Shown here: piece by piece, positions 50,045-59,278 of the stretch
How positions within the stretch are numbered: position 1 is the stretch's first letter
Layout of the letters: the number at the start of each line of letters is the position of its first letter
Assembly (NCBI GenBank): GCA_047602405.1
Contig: JASGHJ010000002.1
Coordinates: 3,360,001 to 3,424,000, forward strand
Reading direction: 5' to 3'
Source of the DNA: Anaeromyxobacteraceae bacterium
Lineage (GTDB): Bacteria; Myxococcota; Myxococcia; Myxococcales; Anaeromyxobacteraceae
DNA: 64,000 nucleotides
Translations under genes and position numbers: made by a program
The notes under the pieces: generated by a model
The model's database searches: none
What the model was told of the DNA's origin: nothing
Seen by the model: only the letters and a program-made list of their open reading frames with translations

Positions 50045-50110
50045 ACCGAGCAGCACGCCCCGTACATTAGGCCCGAGGCACCTGTGGCGCTGCGCAGGAC
50101 CCGCCGGGGA

Positions 50111-51259
50111 TTAACGCACCGCGGCCGCGAGCCTCTTCACGAGCGACCTGCGCTCGGCGTCGTTCCAGAACTGCAGGTTGGTCGTGAACGCCACGACCGT
50201 GCCGTCGGCGGGATCGATCCAGAGGAATGCGGACGCTCCGACCGACGAGCCCGCGTGCTCGGCGGCAGGCGGCGACGCCGGCAGCCCGAACCCGAGGCCG
50301 TAGCCCGTGGAGGCGCCGTCCGCGAGGTGCTGCGGCGTCCAGAGCGCCGCGCGCGAGCCGGGCGAGACGAGCCCGCCGAGGAGCGCGCGGCCGAAGGCGA
50401 CGAGGTCGCTCGGCGTGGAGAGCCACCCGCCCGCCGGCCACCGGTTCGAGAGATCCACGAGCGCCGCGTTCCACAGCCGGCCGCCGCGGCCGAGCTCGTA
50501 GCCGCGCGCGCGGTGCGGGACGATCGCCTCGGGCTCATCGAGGAGCGTCGAGATCATCCCCGCGGGCTCGAGCACGTGCTGCCGCACGAGCTCGGCGTAA
50601 CGCGCCTGGCCGGCGCCCTCGAGCGCGCAGCCGACGAGGTCGTAGCCGTAGACGCTGTACTGGTAGCGTGCGCCGGGCGCGGCGACCGGCGGGTCCGAGG
50701 AGAAGTAGCCGACGAGCTCGGGGAAGCTCTCGAAGTGGCGGCGCGAGACGAACTCGCCGCGGCCGGCGTCGTAGTCGCGCACCCCGCCGAGATGGCCCAG
50801 CAGGCGGCGCACGGTGACGCCCTCGCGGCCGGCGGGGAAGGCCGGGCAGTAACGCTGCACCGGGGCGTCGAGGTCGAGGACGCCGTGCTCGGCGAGCGCG
50901 AGCGCCGTCACGGCGGTGAGGGGCTTCGAGACCGAGCCGACGCGGTAGACGGTGTCGACCGTGGCGGGGACGCGGTGCTCGAGGTCGGAGAAGCCCGCGG
51001 CGTAGGCGATCGTCTCCGCGCCCGGCCGCGCGACCGCCACCGAGAGCGACGGCAGCTTCTCGGCGGCGAGCGTGTCCTCCACGATCACGCGGACGCGCTC
51101 CAGCGGGCCGGCGGCCGGCCCCGGGACCGTCGCTGCCGCGACCGGGACCTCGGCTGGGCCGGGGGCGGGCGGCGGGCGGACGGCGGCCGTGGTCCCGCAG
51201 CCGGCGGAGAGGACGCCGGCGAGGGCGGTGACGAGCGGGAGCGCGCGGCCGAGGTTCAC
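50111..51259 (-). CDS. Serine hydrolase (beta-lactamase/AmpC-like family), lipoprotein
   Basis: GSVSK (SxxK), LLGHLGG, YQYSVYGY, HAGS; lipobox SAGC; GTG overlaps the kynA TGA. Confidence 0.88.
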   Translation of the reverse strand: MNLGRALPLVTALAGVLSAGCGTTAAVRPPPAPGPAEVPVAAATVPGPAAGPLERVRVIVEDTLAAEKLPSLSVAVARPGAETIAYAAGFSDLEHRVPATVDTVYRVGSVSKPLTAVTALALAEHGVLDLDAPVQRYCPAFPAGREGVTVRRLLGHLGGVRDYDAGRGEFVSRRHFESFPELVGYFSSDPPVAAPGARYQYSVYGYDLVGCALEGAGQARYAELVRQHVLEPAGMISTLLDEPEAIVPHRARGYELGRGGRLWNAALVDLSNRWPAGGWLSTPSDLVAFGRALLGGLVSPGSRAALWTPQHLADGASTGYGLGFGLPASPPAAEHAGSSVGASAFLWIDPADGTVVAFTTNLQFWNDAERRSLVKRLAAAVR

Positions 51260-52374
51260 GTACCGGCAGGGTACGACGCGCCGGGGCTCCCCGTGAAGCG
51301 GAACCCCAGCCGCTGCTCCATCTCCGGGGGGAGCGCCGGCAGGGCGGAGCGGGAGATGAGGAAGGTGGAGAGGTCGTACAGGTCGCCGAACACCTTGTTC
51401 CGCTCGACCGTTGCGAGGAGGTACCGGTGCCCCGACGACCCGCCGGTGCCGATCTTCGTGCCGATCATCCGGTGGACCATGAGCGCGTGCCGGTAGCGCC
51501 AGGTCGCGAGGAGCTCGTCGACGTCGACGAGGAGGGTCAGGAACCGGAACGGCAGGTGGAGGATGGGCTGGTCGCGGTAGAGGTGGATGAAGAGCGCCGC
51601 GCGGGTGGCGCGGTGCGAGAGCCGCCGCGACCCCTCCCCCACGAGCTTCGCGTGCGCGGCCTCGTCGAGCACCGCCGCGAAGGACGCCTCCGTCCGCTCG
51701 AGCTCGGCGAGCTGCGCGCGCCGCTCCACGTCTCCGAGCGTCGGGTTCGTGCGGATGGTCTCGCGGTCGGCGCCGATCATGTCCGCCACGGCCGCCGCGT
51801 ACCGCTCCCAGAAGTCCCACCCCGGCACCCCCAGGAACGGGGTCCGCTCGAGCCAGCGCTCGACGAGCGTGAAGAGCGACGGCCCCGCCTCGGATGCGCG
51901 CAGGGCCTCGCGCTGCGGCTCCGAGAGCTTCGCGCCCGCCGGCGAGCGCTCCATCCGCGCGCGGCCCGCGTCGCGCAGGCCGAGCTTGTTCTCGATGAGC
52001 CGGAACTGCACCGACTGGAAGCCGGAGGCCGGCACGAGGAGGTCGCGGAAGTCGAGGAAGTCGAGCGGCGTCATCGTCTCGAGGACGCGCAGCTGATCGA
52101 CGAGGATCTTCTGGATCTCCACGACGCGCTGCAGCCGCGACACCGCGACGCCCACGCTGCGCTCGTCGACCGAGTCGGCGCGGAAGAGCGCGAGGAGCGA
52201 GTCGAGCTCGTGGAGGATCTGCTTGAACCAGAGCTCGTAGGCCTGGTGCACGACGATGAAGAGGTGCTCGTCGTGCGCCGGCCGGCCGAGCTCGACCGAG
52301 CGCGGCGCCTGGCTCCCGAGCAGCCGCTCGAGGTGGAGGTACTCGCCGTAGTCGACGGGTGGATACGCGGGCAT
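51256..52374 (-). CDS. kynA: Tryptophan 2,3-dioxygenase
   Basis: YGEYLHLERLL, HDEHLFIVVHQAYELWFKQ, PASGFQSVQFR, WRYRH...GTGGSSGHRYL. Confidence 0.96.
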   Translation of the reverse strand: MPAYPPVDYGEYLHLERLLGSQAPRSVELGRPAHDEHLFIVVHQAYELWFKQILHELDSLLALFRADSVDERSVGVAVSRLQRVVEIQKILVDQLRVLETMTPLDFLDFRDLLVPASGFQSVQFRLIENKLGLRDAGRARMERSPAGAKLSEPQREALRASEAGPSLFTLVERWLERTPFLGVPGWDFWERYAAAVADMIGADRETIRTNPTLGDVERRAQLAELERTEASFAAVLDEAAHAKLVGEGSRRLSHRATRAALFIHLYRDQPILHLPFRFLTLLVDVDELLATWRYRHALMVHRMIGTKIGTGGSSGHRYLLATVERNKVFGDLYDLSTFLISRSALPALPPEMEQRLGFRFTGSPGASYPAGT

Positions 52375-52483
52375 GGAGGCCTCCGGGCGCGGGGAGGCCG
52401 GGTTGTAGCCGCGCCGGGAGGGCGGCGCCGGGCCCGACGGTGGTGCAAGGGGACACCGCCCGCCGGGCCCGGCCCTTCCCCCT

Positions 52484-52660
52484 CTACGGAACCGTCCGCG
52501 CGAGCACCTGCAGCGCGCCCGCCGACGACTCCCCCCGCAGGAGATCCACCGCCACGACCGCGAGGATGACGGCGCACACCGCGATGACCGCGACGTCGCG
52601 CACGACGGAGAGGCGCGTGGGCTTCACGACGAAGTGCAGCTCTCCCCGTTGCCCGGTCAT
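52484..52660 (-). CDS. 58-aa single-TM protein (absent from the ORF track), paralog of 57937-58128
   Basis: MTGQRGELHFVVKPTRLSVVRDVAVIAVCAVILAVVAVDLLRGESSAGALQVLARTVP; GAGG RBS. Confidence 0.75.
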   Translation of the reverse strand: MTGQRGELHFVVKPTRLSVVRDVAVIAVCAVILAVVAVDLLRGESSAGALQVLARTVP

Positions 52661-52759
52661 GGTGCGGTCCTCGGTGGGCGGCGGGCTTCGTGCCCGCTCA
52701 CCTTCCTGGACAGCGCATCGGGTCGACCTTGACGGGGCCCCTTTCCGGGCTCCCTCGGC

Positions 52760-53327
52760 TCACTCGAGCAGCCCCTGCTCGCGGGCGAGCTTGCTGAGGC
52801 GCTCCTTGAGCCGCTCGTAGCGTTTCGCGAGCGTCACCGCCGTCGCCGGGCTGCCCCCCTCCGCGAGGACGTCCGCGATCTCGTCCCAGGAGAGCTCCTG
52901 GTCGGCGCGCAGGAAGAGGCAGCGTCTGCTCGTCCGGCGTGAGGAGCTTCCTGAGCTCGAGGACGCGCTGGCGGCGCCGCTCCACCTTGACGGCCGAGGC
53001 GGTGCGCAGCGACTCCGCGAGCCGCGAGGCCTCGCCCGTCTCGAAGCGCCGGACCTTCCGCGCGTGCGCCTGGTTCTTCAGGTTGAGCACCACGTTGCAG
53101 GCGAGGCGCAGGCACCAGGTCTTGAGCGACGAGCGGCCCTCGAAGCCCGGGAGGCCCTTCCAGACGTTCTCCGCCCAGATCGAGAACGCGTCCTTCACGT
53201 CGTCCTCGTCCCGGAGCACCGGCCGCAGGTAGCTCAGCACCGTCGGGCCGAGGGCCTCGATGACCGCGGTCGCGGCCCCCCTCGCGTCACCGGACGCGAG
53301 AAGGGTCTGGATGTGGGGGAGGAGCAT
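52760..53327 (-). CDS. ECF sigma factor, myxobacterial kinase-associated type, copy 1; apparent frameshift near 52919
   Basis: GPTVLSYLRPVLRDEDDVKDAFS...WKGLPGFEGRSSLKTW; sigma4 FLRADQELSWDEIADVL...LAKRYERLKERL in another frame; TGATG overlap with upstream gene. Confidence 0.85.
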
Positions 53328-54856
53328 CAGTCGCCGATCTTCGTGTAGCAGACGCCACCGACCGGGGTTCCTTCCAATACGTCGTCGCACCATGCTGGCG
53401 CGTTGGCGTCCGCACAGCAGGCAGGTGGGCCTGGCAAGAACCCCACCGCATCCAGAGCTGGGGCCTTCTTCTCGTCGCCCCTCCCGTCAAGCCTGATGCT
53501 GAGGACGTTGGGGCCCGCGCCGCCTGCCGCTTCCTTCTGCAAGATCACCGGATAGACCTCAAGCCAGCCGAAGCCCTCGTCTCGCCGCAACGTGCTCCAC
53601 CTGAGGGGGACCTCAACCGGCGAACCCGCACCATCCCGGACGAATACGGTCGTCTCGTTACCGGGCTTCGGCGGTCGACCGTCCTTGTCAGTCCGGAACC
53701 TGATCATCGCCGTGAACTTCGAACCCGACGGCACGCTGGCTTTGATATCGCGAAGGACCACCTCCACCGCTGACTTCTCTCCGAGTTGCACCGTCCCTTG
53801 AGATGGTGCCGTCGGCGGAGGGCCGCTCTCGCCACCGCAGACGCTCGCCGCCAAGACCATTGGATCATAGGTCCCGACGCACGCCGACCTTCGATCGACA
53901 CCAGCCTTCGGCCACTTGCAGTGCGAATTCCTGAGCGCCGCCTTCGTACCGCGCTCGATCAACTGCGTTGGCAGGGCCGGCTGATTGGCCGAGGACCAAG
54001 TCTCCTCGAGGTTGACCAGGCGCATTCCGTAAACGAAGAGCGGCGGATACGTCTGAGCCGTGCTGCAAGAGGAATACGGATTGCCAGGACACACCCGCTG
54101 GCCATTCGCAGCGAACCAAGTCGACGCATCTTGACACCGGCCGAGTTGACGGACCCATCCCGCGCCATCGAAGTCAATGGTCCGACCAAGAGCCACGTTC
54201 GGCGGGTACCAGTTGCTCTTGTCCAGATCGAACCCGACGGGCAGGTTGCTACTCAGCGTATAGAGCGGCTGTGGTGAGGCAAACAGGTCCCCGAAGAAGA
54301 CTCCTTCCGGCTGATCCAATGCAAACGCCTCTCCCGGCGAAACACTCAGGCTGGCTCCGCGAAGCGAGATGGGTTGGCGGGCGTGGCGCTGGTTCGCGTG
54401 AGCCAGAAGACACGCCGTAATCCTCGCCCTTGAATCTGCATCCGCGAGGGGCTTCCGACGTGTCCCACCCAAGCCGAACCGCCCCTCCCAAGAAAGGCCG
54501 CCATATGAGACCCACTGCCCTTGGTCATAGGCGCACCGGACGAGGTAGGTCATAACTTCCGCTGAGCCCAAATGCGCGGTGTCACCGAACCACTTGACGA
54601 AGCCCGCGTTCGCGGGTTCGAAAGCGTAGATCTCCCAAGCCTTCTTGCCCTGATCGTAAACGACCTCAAGGCCACCGATGGACGCCAGGCTCGTTCTCAG
54701 TGCGCTCGCGGAAAGGTCGAGGCTATTACGGCCCATCTCCAACCGACTGTAGGTGGCACAAGGCGCTTCTCCCTCCTTGGTCTTCTTCACATCAGCAGCG
54801 ACGTCGTCCGCCACTGTCACCGCTAGCAGAAGTGCCACCACGTTCATCGGTCTCAT
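53327..54856 (-). CDS. Secreted Cys-rich hypothetical protein (myxobacterial family)
   Basis: Signal peptide; YLVRCA, ITACLLAHAN, ISLRG, EGVFFGDLF; lower GC than flanks. Confidence 0.7.
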   Translation of the reverse strand: MRPMNVVALLLAVTVADDVAADVKKTKEGEAPCATYSRLEMGRNSLDLSASALRTSLASIGGLEVVYDQGKKAWEIYAFEPANAGFVKWFGDTAHLGSAEVMTYLVRCAYDQGQWVSYGGLSWEGRFGLGGTRRKPLADADSRARITACLLAHANQRHARQPISLRGASLSVSPGEAFALDQPEGVFFGDLFASPQPLYTLSSNLPVGFDLDKSNWYPPNVALGRTIDFDGAGWVRQLGRCQDASTWFAANGQRVCPGNPYSSCSTAQTYPPLFVYGMRLVNLEETWSSANQPALPTQLIERGTKAALRNSHCKWPKAGVDRRSACVGTYDPMVLAASVCGGESGPPPTAPSQGTVQLGEKSAVEVVLRDIKASVPSGSKFTAMIRFRTDKDGRPPKPGNETTVFVRDGAGSPVEVPLRWSTLRRDEGFGWLEVYPVILQKEAAGGAGPNVLSIRLDGRGDEKKAPALDAVGFLPGPPACCADANAPAWCDDVLEGTPVGGVCYTKIGD

Positions 54857-54905
54857 GATTTTCCCCCACATTCAGCGAACACACCGAACCTGCATGGCGA
54901 CCGCG

Positions 54906-57860
54906 TCATTCTCGCCCGAGTTCCAAGCTGGTCTTCCTCGCCTCCTCCAGGCCGGGTTGTGATGAAGCCGCTTCACCCCACATCCCCAGAAGCAAGCCGA
55001 TGTTTCGGCGCGCCCTCTTCGGCATGCCCTCCCGCGCCTGCGCCTTCGCCAGCGCGAGCAGAGCGCGCGGGTATTCCCAGCTCGGGTAGTTGAGTGGAAA
55101 GCCGAGGAACCTGGTCAATACCTCGACTGCCTCAGCGTTCCTCCCCTGCTCCACGAGCATCTCGCCGAGGACGAAGGCCGGGTGCGGCATCGCCGGGTCC
55201 ACGCTGAACGGCGTGTGCCTGACAACTGCGTGGAGCTCCTCGATCGCCTTCACACGGTCGCCCTGCCTCCAGTGCACGATCGCGCGATAGGTGGCCGCTC
55301 GTGGTGAGTCGACGGGCAGGTATGCCGCGAACTCGGCGGCGCGCCGGAGATCCCCCAGGTACGCTAGGTGGGGTGCGACGTGGGTCACGAGCGCGGGGTC
55401 GAGCTCGAGCGCGAGGAGCGCCTCGCGATGGGCCACATCTGCGTCGCCCGAGCCTGCGACCGCCTCGAACCACCCCGCCTGGAGCCACGCGTCCTTGAAA
55501 CCGTGGATAGTCTCTCCGGTCTTGGCCAGCTCCTCCCAGCGTCCCTCCTGGACCTGAAGCAGCACGCGCATGAACGGACCGAAGCTGTTCAGCGATTGCC
55601 CCTCGGACATCTGGGTCACGAGGCGGTGCAAGCGGTCGCGCTCGCCCGCGTGAAGCAGCGCCATCGCGAAGAACTGGGTCCCCGCCGCGTCCGCTCCTCC
55701 GGCCGACGCCTTCTCGCAGGTCGCGAGCGTCGAGGGAGCGCCGGCCCAAAGCCGGATGAAGCAGAGGCCAGCCCTCGTGGCGGGGGACTCCGGAAGGGCC
55801 GCCACCCTGGTCTCGAGCGCCGCGAGTCCATCGCGATCGTCGAGCGCGCCGAGCGCGATAGCGAGGTGCTCGACGCCCTCGGGCCACGCGGGGTCGAGCT
55901 CGCTCACTCGTTCGAAGATCGGAGCCGCCTCGGCGAACTCATCGCGGTGGAATGGGACCTCGCCCGCGCGACGCCAAGCGAACTTGTCGTCACCCGCCCT
56001 GATCGCGGCCTCCTTCAGGAGGCGCTTCGCCTCCACGTCCTTGCCGTCGAGGAACGCCGCCCAACCCTTCACGCGCTGCTGATGACTCGGAGGAATGCGA
56101 TCGAGCAGGCGCAGGGCGGGCTCGAGCGCGCTTCTCTGCTCCGCCCGGCTCAGCCCGAGCGAGTAGGAGACCTCGGACGTCAACAGGTGCGCGAGTCCGA
56201 ACTCCGGATCGATCGCGGTGGCCCGCTTGAACTCCTCGAGGCAGGGTCCATAGCCGACGAAGAAGCCCGACTGCTCGACGCAGGCCTGACCACGGGCGAA
56301 GTGCGACCAGGCCTCGAGGCTCCTGGTGACCGACCTCGCGAGTGCGATGGAGGTCTCCCGGATGGCCTCGGGTGCCTCACCGAGGCCCAGCCGCACTCGC
56401 TCGGAGACACGGTCCACAAGGTCTGGGAGCCTCTCCTTCTCGGTCTCCTGCTCACGCAATGACAGGAGGCGAGCGCCGGAACTTGGGTCCGTGACCCTGA
56501 CCTCCGCGACGTACAGCGCACCCAACCTTCTGAGGATCGGCACCACCACTGCCCGGGCGCGAACTCTTTCGGCAGCGGCAGTGGCCCTGTCGGCGTCGAG
56601 GGGTTCTCCCTTCTGGAAGGCGTCTCGTCCAAACAGGTCTATGAGGCGGACGCGGGGCAAGACGTCGATCTTGCGCGACTGCTCGAGCGACGTGGCCAGC
56701 ATTCCCGAGAGCCCATCAAGTTCGCGGTCGCCCGTGCCGTTCTCCACGTCCGCTACCGCGAGCACGATCCGCTCGTCCGCGGCCGGCGCGATCGTCGCCT
56801 TCCGCGCCATCCTGACCGCCACCCCCAGCGCCGCCGCCGCGATCACCACCGCCGCGATCGCCGCGATGCCCGCGACGCGCGTCCGCCACCACGGCGCGGG
56901 CTCCCGCCGGCGCACCACGACGGCCTCCGGCCCCGGCGCGGACTCGCCCGCGCCGCGCAGCACCTGGCCGACGAGCTCGAGCGCGCGCAGGACCACGCCG
57001 CCATCGCGCGGCCGGTGCACGGGGTCCTTCTCGAGCATCGTCGCGACGAGCTCGCCGAGCGCGGGCAGGCCGGCGACCTCGAGGTCCGGTGCCGGCGACG
57101 GGCCGGTGACCTCGCCGGGATTCTCCGGCCGGAACGGCAGCCGGCCGGAGAGCATCCGGTAGAGCACGACGCCGAGCGCGAAGACGTCGGTGCGCTCGTC
57201 CTCCGGCGCGCCGGTCCACTGCTCGGGCGCCATGTACGCTGGCGTGCCGCCCTCGGTGCGCTTCAGGCCGAACGCGTGCGCGAGGCCGAAGTCGAGCACC
57301 TTCACGCCGCCGTCGCTCGTGAGGAACACGTTCCCGGGCTTGAGGTCCCGGTGCACGACGCCGCGCGCGTGCGCGTGCGAGAGGCCGCGCGCGATGCCGG
57401 TCGCGATCCGCACGGCCTCGACCGGCGGCACGACCCCGCGCTCGACGCGCGCCTGCAGCGTCTCGCCCTCGAGGAGCTCGAGCACGAGGTACGGGCCGTG
57501 CTCGGAGCGGCCGAGGTCGAAGAGCGTGACGATGTTCGGGTGGGCGAGCCGCGCCGCGGCCTCGGCCTCCTCGAGGAGTCGCTCCCGCCTGAGTTCGTCG
57601 CGGTGACCCGTGCGAACGGCCTTCAGCGCGACCTTGCGCTTCAGCTCGGAGTCCTCGGCCTCGAAGACGACGCCGAACCCGCCGCGGCCGAGCTCCCGGA
57701 TCAACCGAAAGCGACCGATCCGCTGGCCGGGGACGAGCGCGACCTCCCAGCCGCCGCCGTCCGGCGGCACCTCGTCCGCGGCGAGGTCCTTGAGGAGCGC
57801 GGACAGCGTCCCGGGCAAGGGCCCCGGCCCAGGTTCCTCCGTGGCGGGGTCCTCCTTCAA
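54906..57860 (-). CDS. Ser/Thr protein kinase with TM, TolB-N/FlgO-like and TPR domains
   Basis: LGRGGFGVV, VALK, HRDLKPGN, DFGLA, GTPAYMAPE, DVFALG; TM IAAIAAVVIAAAALGVAV. Confidence 0.95.
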   Translation of the reverse strand: MKEDPATEEPGPGPLPGTLSALLKDLAADEVPPDGGGWEVALVPGQRIGRFRLIRELGRGGFGVVFEAEDSELKRKVALKAVRTGHRDELRRERLLEEAEAAARLAHPNIVTLFDLGRSEHGPYLVLELLEGETLQARVERGVVPPVEAVRIATGIARGLSHAHARGVVHRDLKPGNVFLTSDGGVKVLDFGLAHAFGLKRTEGGTPAYMAPEQWTGAPEDERTDVFALGVVLYRMLSGRLPFRPENPGEVTGPSPAPDLEVAGLPALGELVATMLEKDPVHRPRDGGVVLRALELVGQVLRGAGESAPGPEAVVVRRREPAPWWRTRVAGIAAIAAVVIAAAALGVAVRMARKATIAPAADERIVLAVADVENGTGDRELDGLSGMLATSLEQSRKIDVLPRVRLIDLFGRDAFQKGEPLDADRATAAAERVRARAVVVPILRRLGALYVAEVRVTDPSSGARLLSLREQETEKERLPDLVDRVSERVRLGLGEAPEAIRETSIALARSVTRSLEAWSHFARGQACVEQSGFFVGYGPCLEEFKRATAIDPEFGLAHLLTSEVSYSLGLSRAEQRSALEPALRLLDRIPPSHQQRVKGWAAFLDGKDVEAKRLLKEAAIRAGDDKFAWRRAGEVPFHRDEFAEAAPIFERVSELDPAWPEGVEHLAIALGALDDRDGLAALETRVAALPESPATRAGLCFIRLWAGAPSTLATCEKASAGGADAAGTQFFAMALLHAGERDRLHRLVTQMSEGQSLNSFGPFMRVLLQVQEGRWEELAKTGETIHGFKDAWLQAGWFEAVAGSGDADVAHREALLALELDPALVTHVAPHLAYLGDLRRAAEFAAYLPVDSPRAATYRAIVHWRQGDRVKAIEELHAVVRHTPFSVDPAMPHPAFVLGEMLVEQGRNAEAVEVLTRFLGFPLNYPSWEYPRALLALAKAQAREGMPKRARRNIGLLLGMWGEAASSQPGLEEARKTSLELGRE

Positions 57861-57936
57861 CGCTGCGTCCCCTTTGCTGAGCGTGAGGAGACTCTACCAA
57901 GCGTACGGATGACCCCGCCACCGGGCGCTCGAATAT

Positions 57937-58128
57937 TCACGCGCGGAGGTGCACCCGGCCGCCGCGCTCCATGGCCTGGAACGACTCCGGCGGGGGGCCC
58001 CTCCAGAGGTCGGCCACGAAGCTCGCCACGATGGCGACGCAGACCGCGACCATCGCGAGATCGCGGAGCGTCGCGAGGCGGCTCGTGCGGAGCGGAAAGT
58101 AGAGCTGGGAGCGGTTCTCGGAGGTCAT
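57937..58128 (-). CDS. 63-aa single-TM protein, paralog of 52484-52660
   Basis: MTSENRSQLYFPLRTSRLATLRDLAMVAVCVAIVASFVADLWRG; GAGG RBS. Confidence 0.75.
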   Translation of the reverse strand: MTSENRSQLYFPLRTSRLATLRDLAMVAVCVAIVASFVADLWRGPPPESFQAMERGGRVHLRA

Positions 58129-58210
58129 GTCCTCGTCCTTTCGGAGGCGCATCCGTGCGCCTTCGAAGGTGAGGACCGGGGCTCCCGCGGTTTCCGACAG
58201 GCGTCGGCAG

Positions 58211-58780
58211 CTACCGCACGAGCCCCCTCTCCCGGGCGAGCTTCGCCAGCCTCGCCTTGAGCCGCTCGTAGCGCTTCGCGAGCGTGTCGGCCGAGACGGG
58301 CTCCCCCGTCCCGGAGAGCACCTCGCTGATCTCGTCCCACGAGAGCCCCTGGTCGGCGCGGAGGAAGAGGAGGGTCTGCTCCTCGGGCGTGAGCTCCTTG
58401 CGAAGCTCGAGGAGGTCCGCGCGGTGCCGCTCCACCCGCACGGCCGAGGTCGTGCGGATCGACTCGGCGAGCGCGGAGGCCTCGCCGCTCGCGAAGCGGC
58501 GCACGCGCCGCCGGTGGGCTCCGTCCTTCATGTTGAGGGCGACGTTGCACGCGAGGCGGATGCACCAGGTCTTGAGCGACGAGCGCCACTCGAAGCCGGG
58601 CAGCCCCTTCCAGACCCGCTCCGCCCACTCCGAGAAGGCGTCCGCGACGTCGTCCTCGTCCTTCAGCATCGGGCGGAGGTACGAGAGGACGACCGGACCG
58701 AGCTGCTGGATGACGGCGGTCGCCGCCTCGCGGTCGTCGCCCGCCGCGAGCCGCTCCTTCACCTGCTCGTCGAGGGTCAC
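58211..58780 (-). CDS. ECF sigma factor, copy 2
   Basis: GPVVLSYLRPMLKDEDDVADAFS...WKGLPGFEWRSSLKTW...FLRADQGLSWDEISEVL...LAKRYERLKARL. Confidence 0.9.
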   Translation of the reverse strand: MTLDEQVKERLAAGDDREAATAVIQQLGPVVLSYLRPMLKDEDDVADAFSEWAERVWKGLPGFEWRSSLKTWCIRLACNVALNMKDGAHRRRVRRFASGEASALAESIRTTSAVRVERHRADLLELRKELTPEEQTLLFLRADQGLSWDEISEVLSGTGEPVSADTLAKRYERLKARLAKLARERGLVR

Positions 58781-58921
58781 GGCGGAGATGGTGCAGGGGT
58801 CGGGGGCCGGCGCGCATCGCCCCCAGGGAGGAGCCGCGCCGGGAGGCGGCGTCGGATCCCGTGGCGGCCCCGGTCCACCTCTCGAACGGCGCGAGGCGCT
58901 CGCGCCAGAAAGGAACCTGCC

Positions 58922-59239
58922 GTGACCCACCCCTCCGCCGCCCTCCGCCTCGCCGCCCTCACCTCCCTCCTCGCGCTCGCCGCCTGCGGCGACGCGCCGG
59001 CCGACCCGTCCGTCGTCCGCGTCGCCGACGACGTCCTCGTCCCGGGCGGCTGCCCGGACGGGCGGGACCTGCTCGTCACGTTCGAGGACGTGGACGGAGA
59101 GACCGTCGTGCGCGGCCGCTGCATCGGCAAGCTCGCGCAGCACATCCCGGGCGACCCGAGCCACGACCTCCCGTCGCCCATGCGCCCCGAGGCGCCGGAC
59201 GGCCCCGGCCCCGGGCGCCTGCCCGCCGCCGACCGCTGA
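58922..59239 (+). CDS. Small hypothetical lipoprotein
   Basis: Lipobox LLALAAC; AGGAA RBS; two further Cys. Confidence 0.65.
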   Translation: MTHPSAALRLAALTSLLALAACGDAPADPSVVRVADDVLVPGGCPDGRDLLVTFEDVDGETVVRGRCIGKLAQHIPGDPSHDLPSPMRPEAPDGPGPGRLPAADR

Positions 59240-59278
59240 GGAGGCCCCCGCCGCGGCCCCGGTGTAAGCTCCGGGGCC

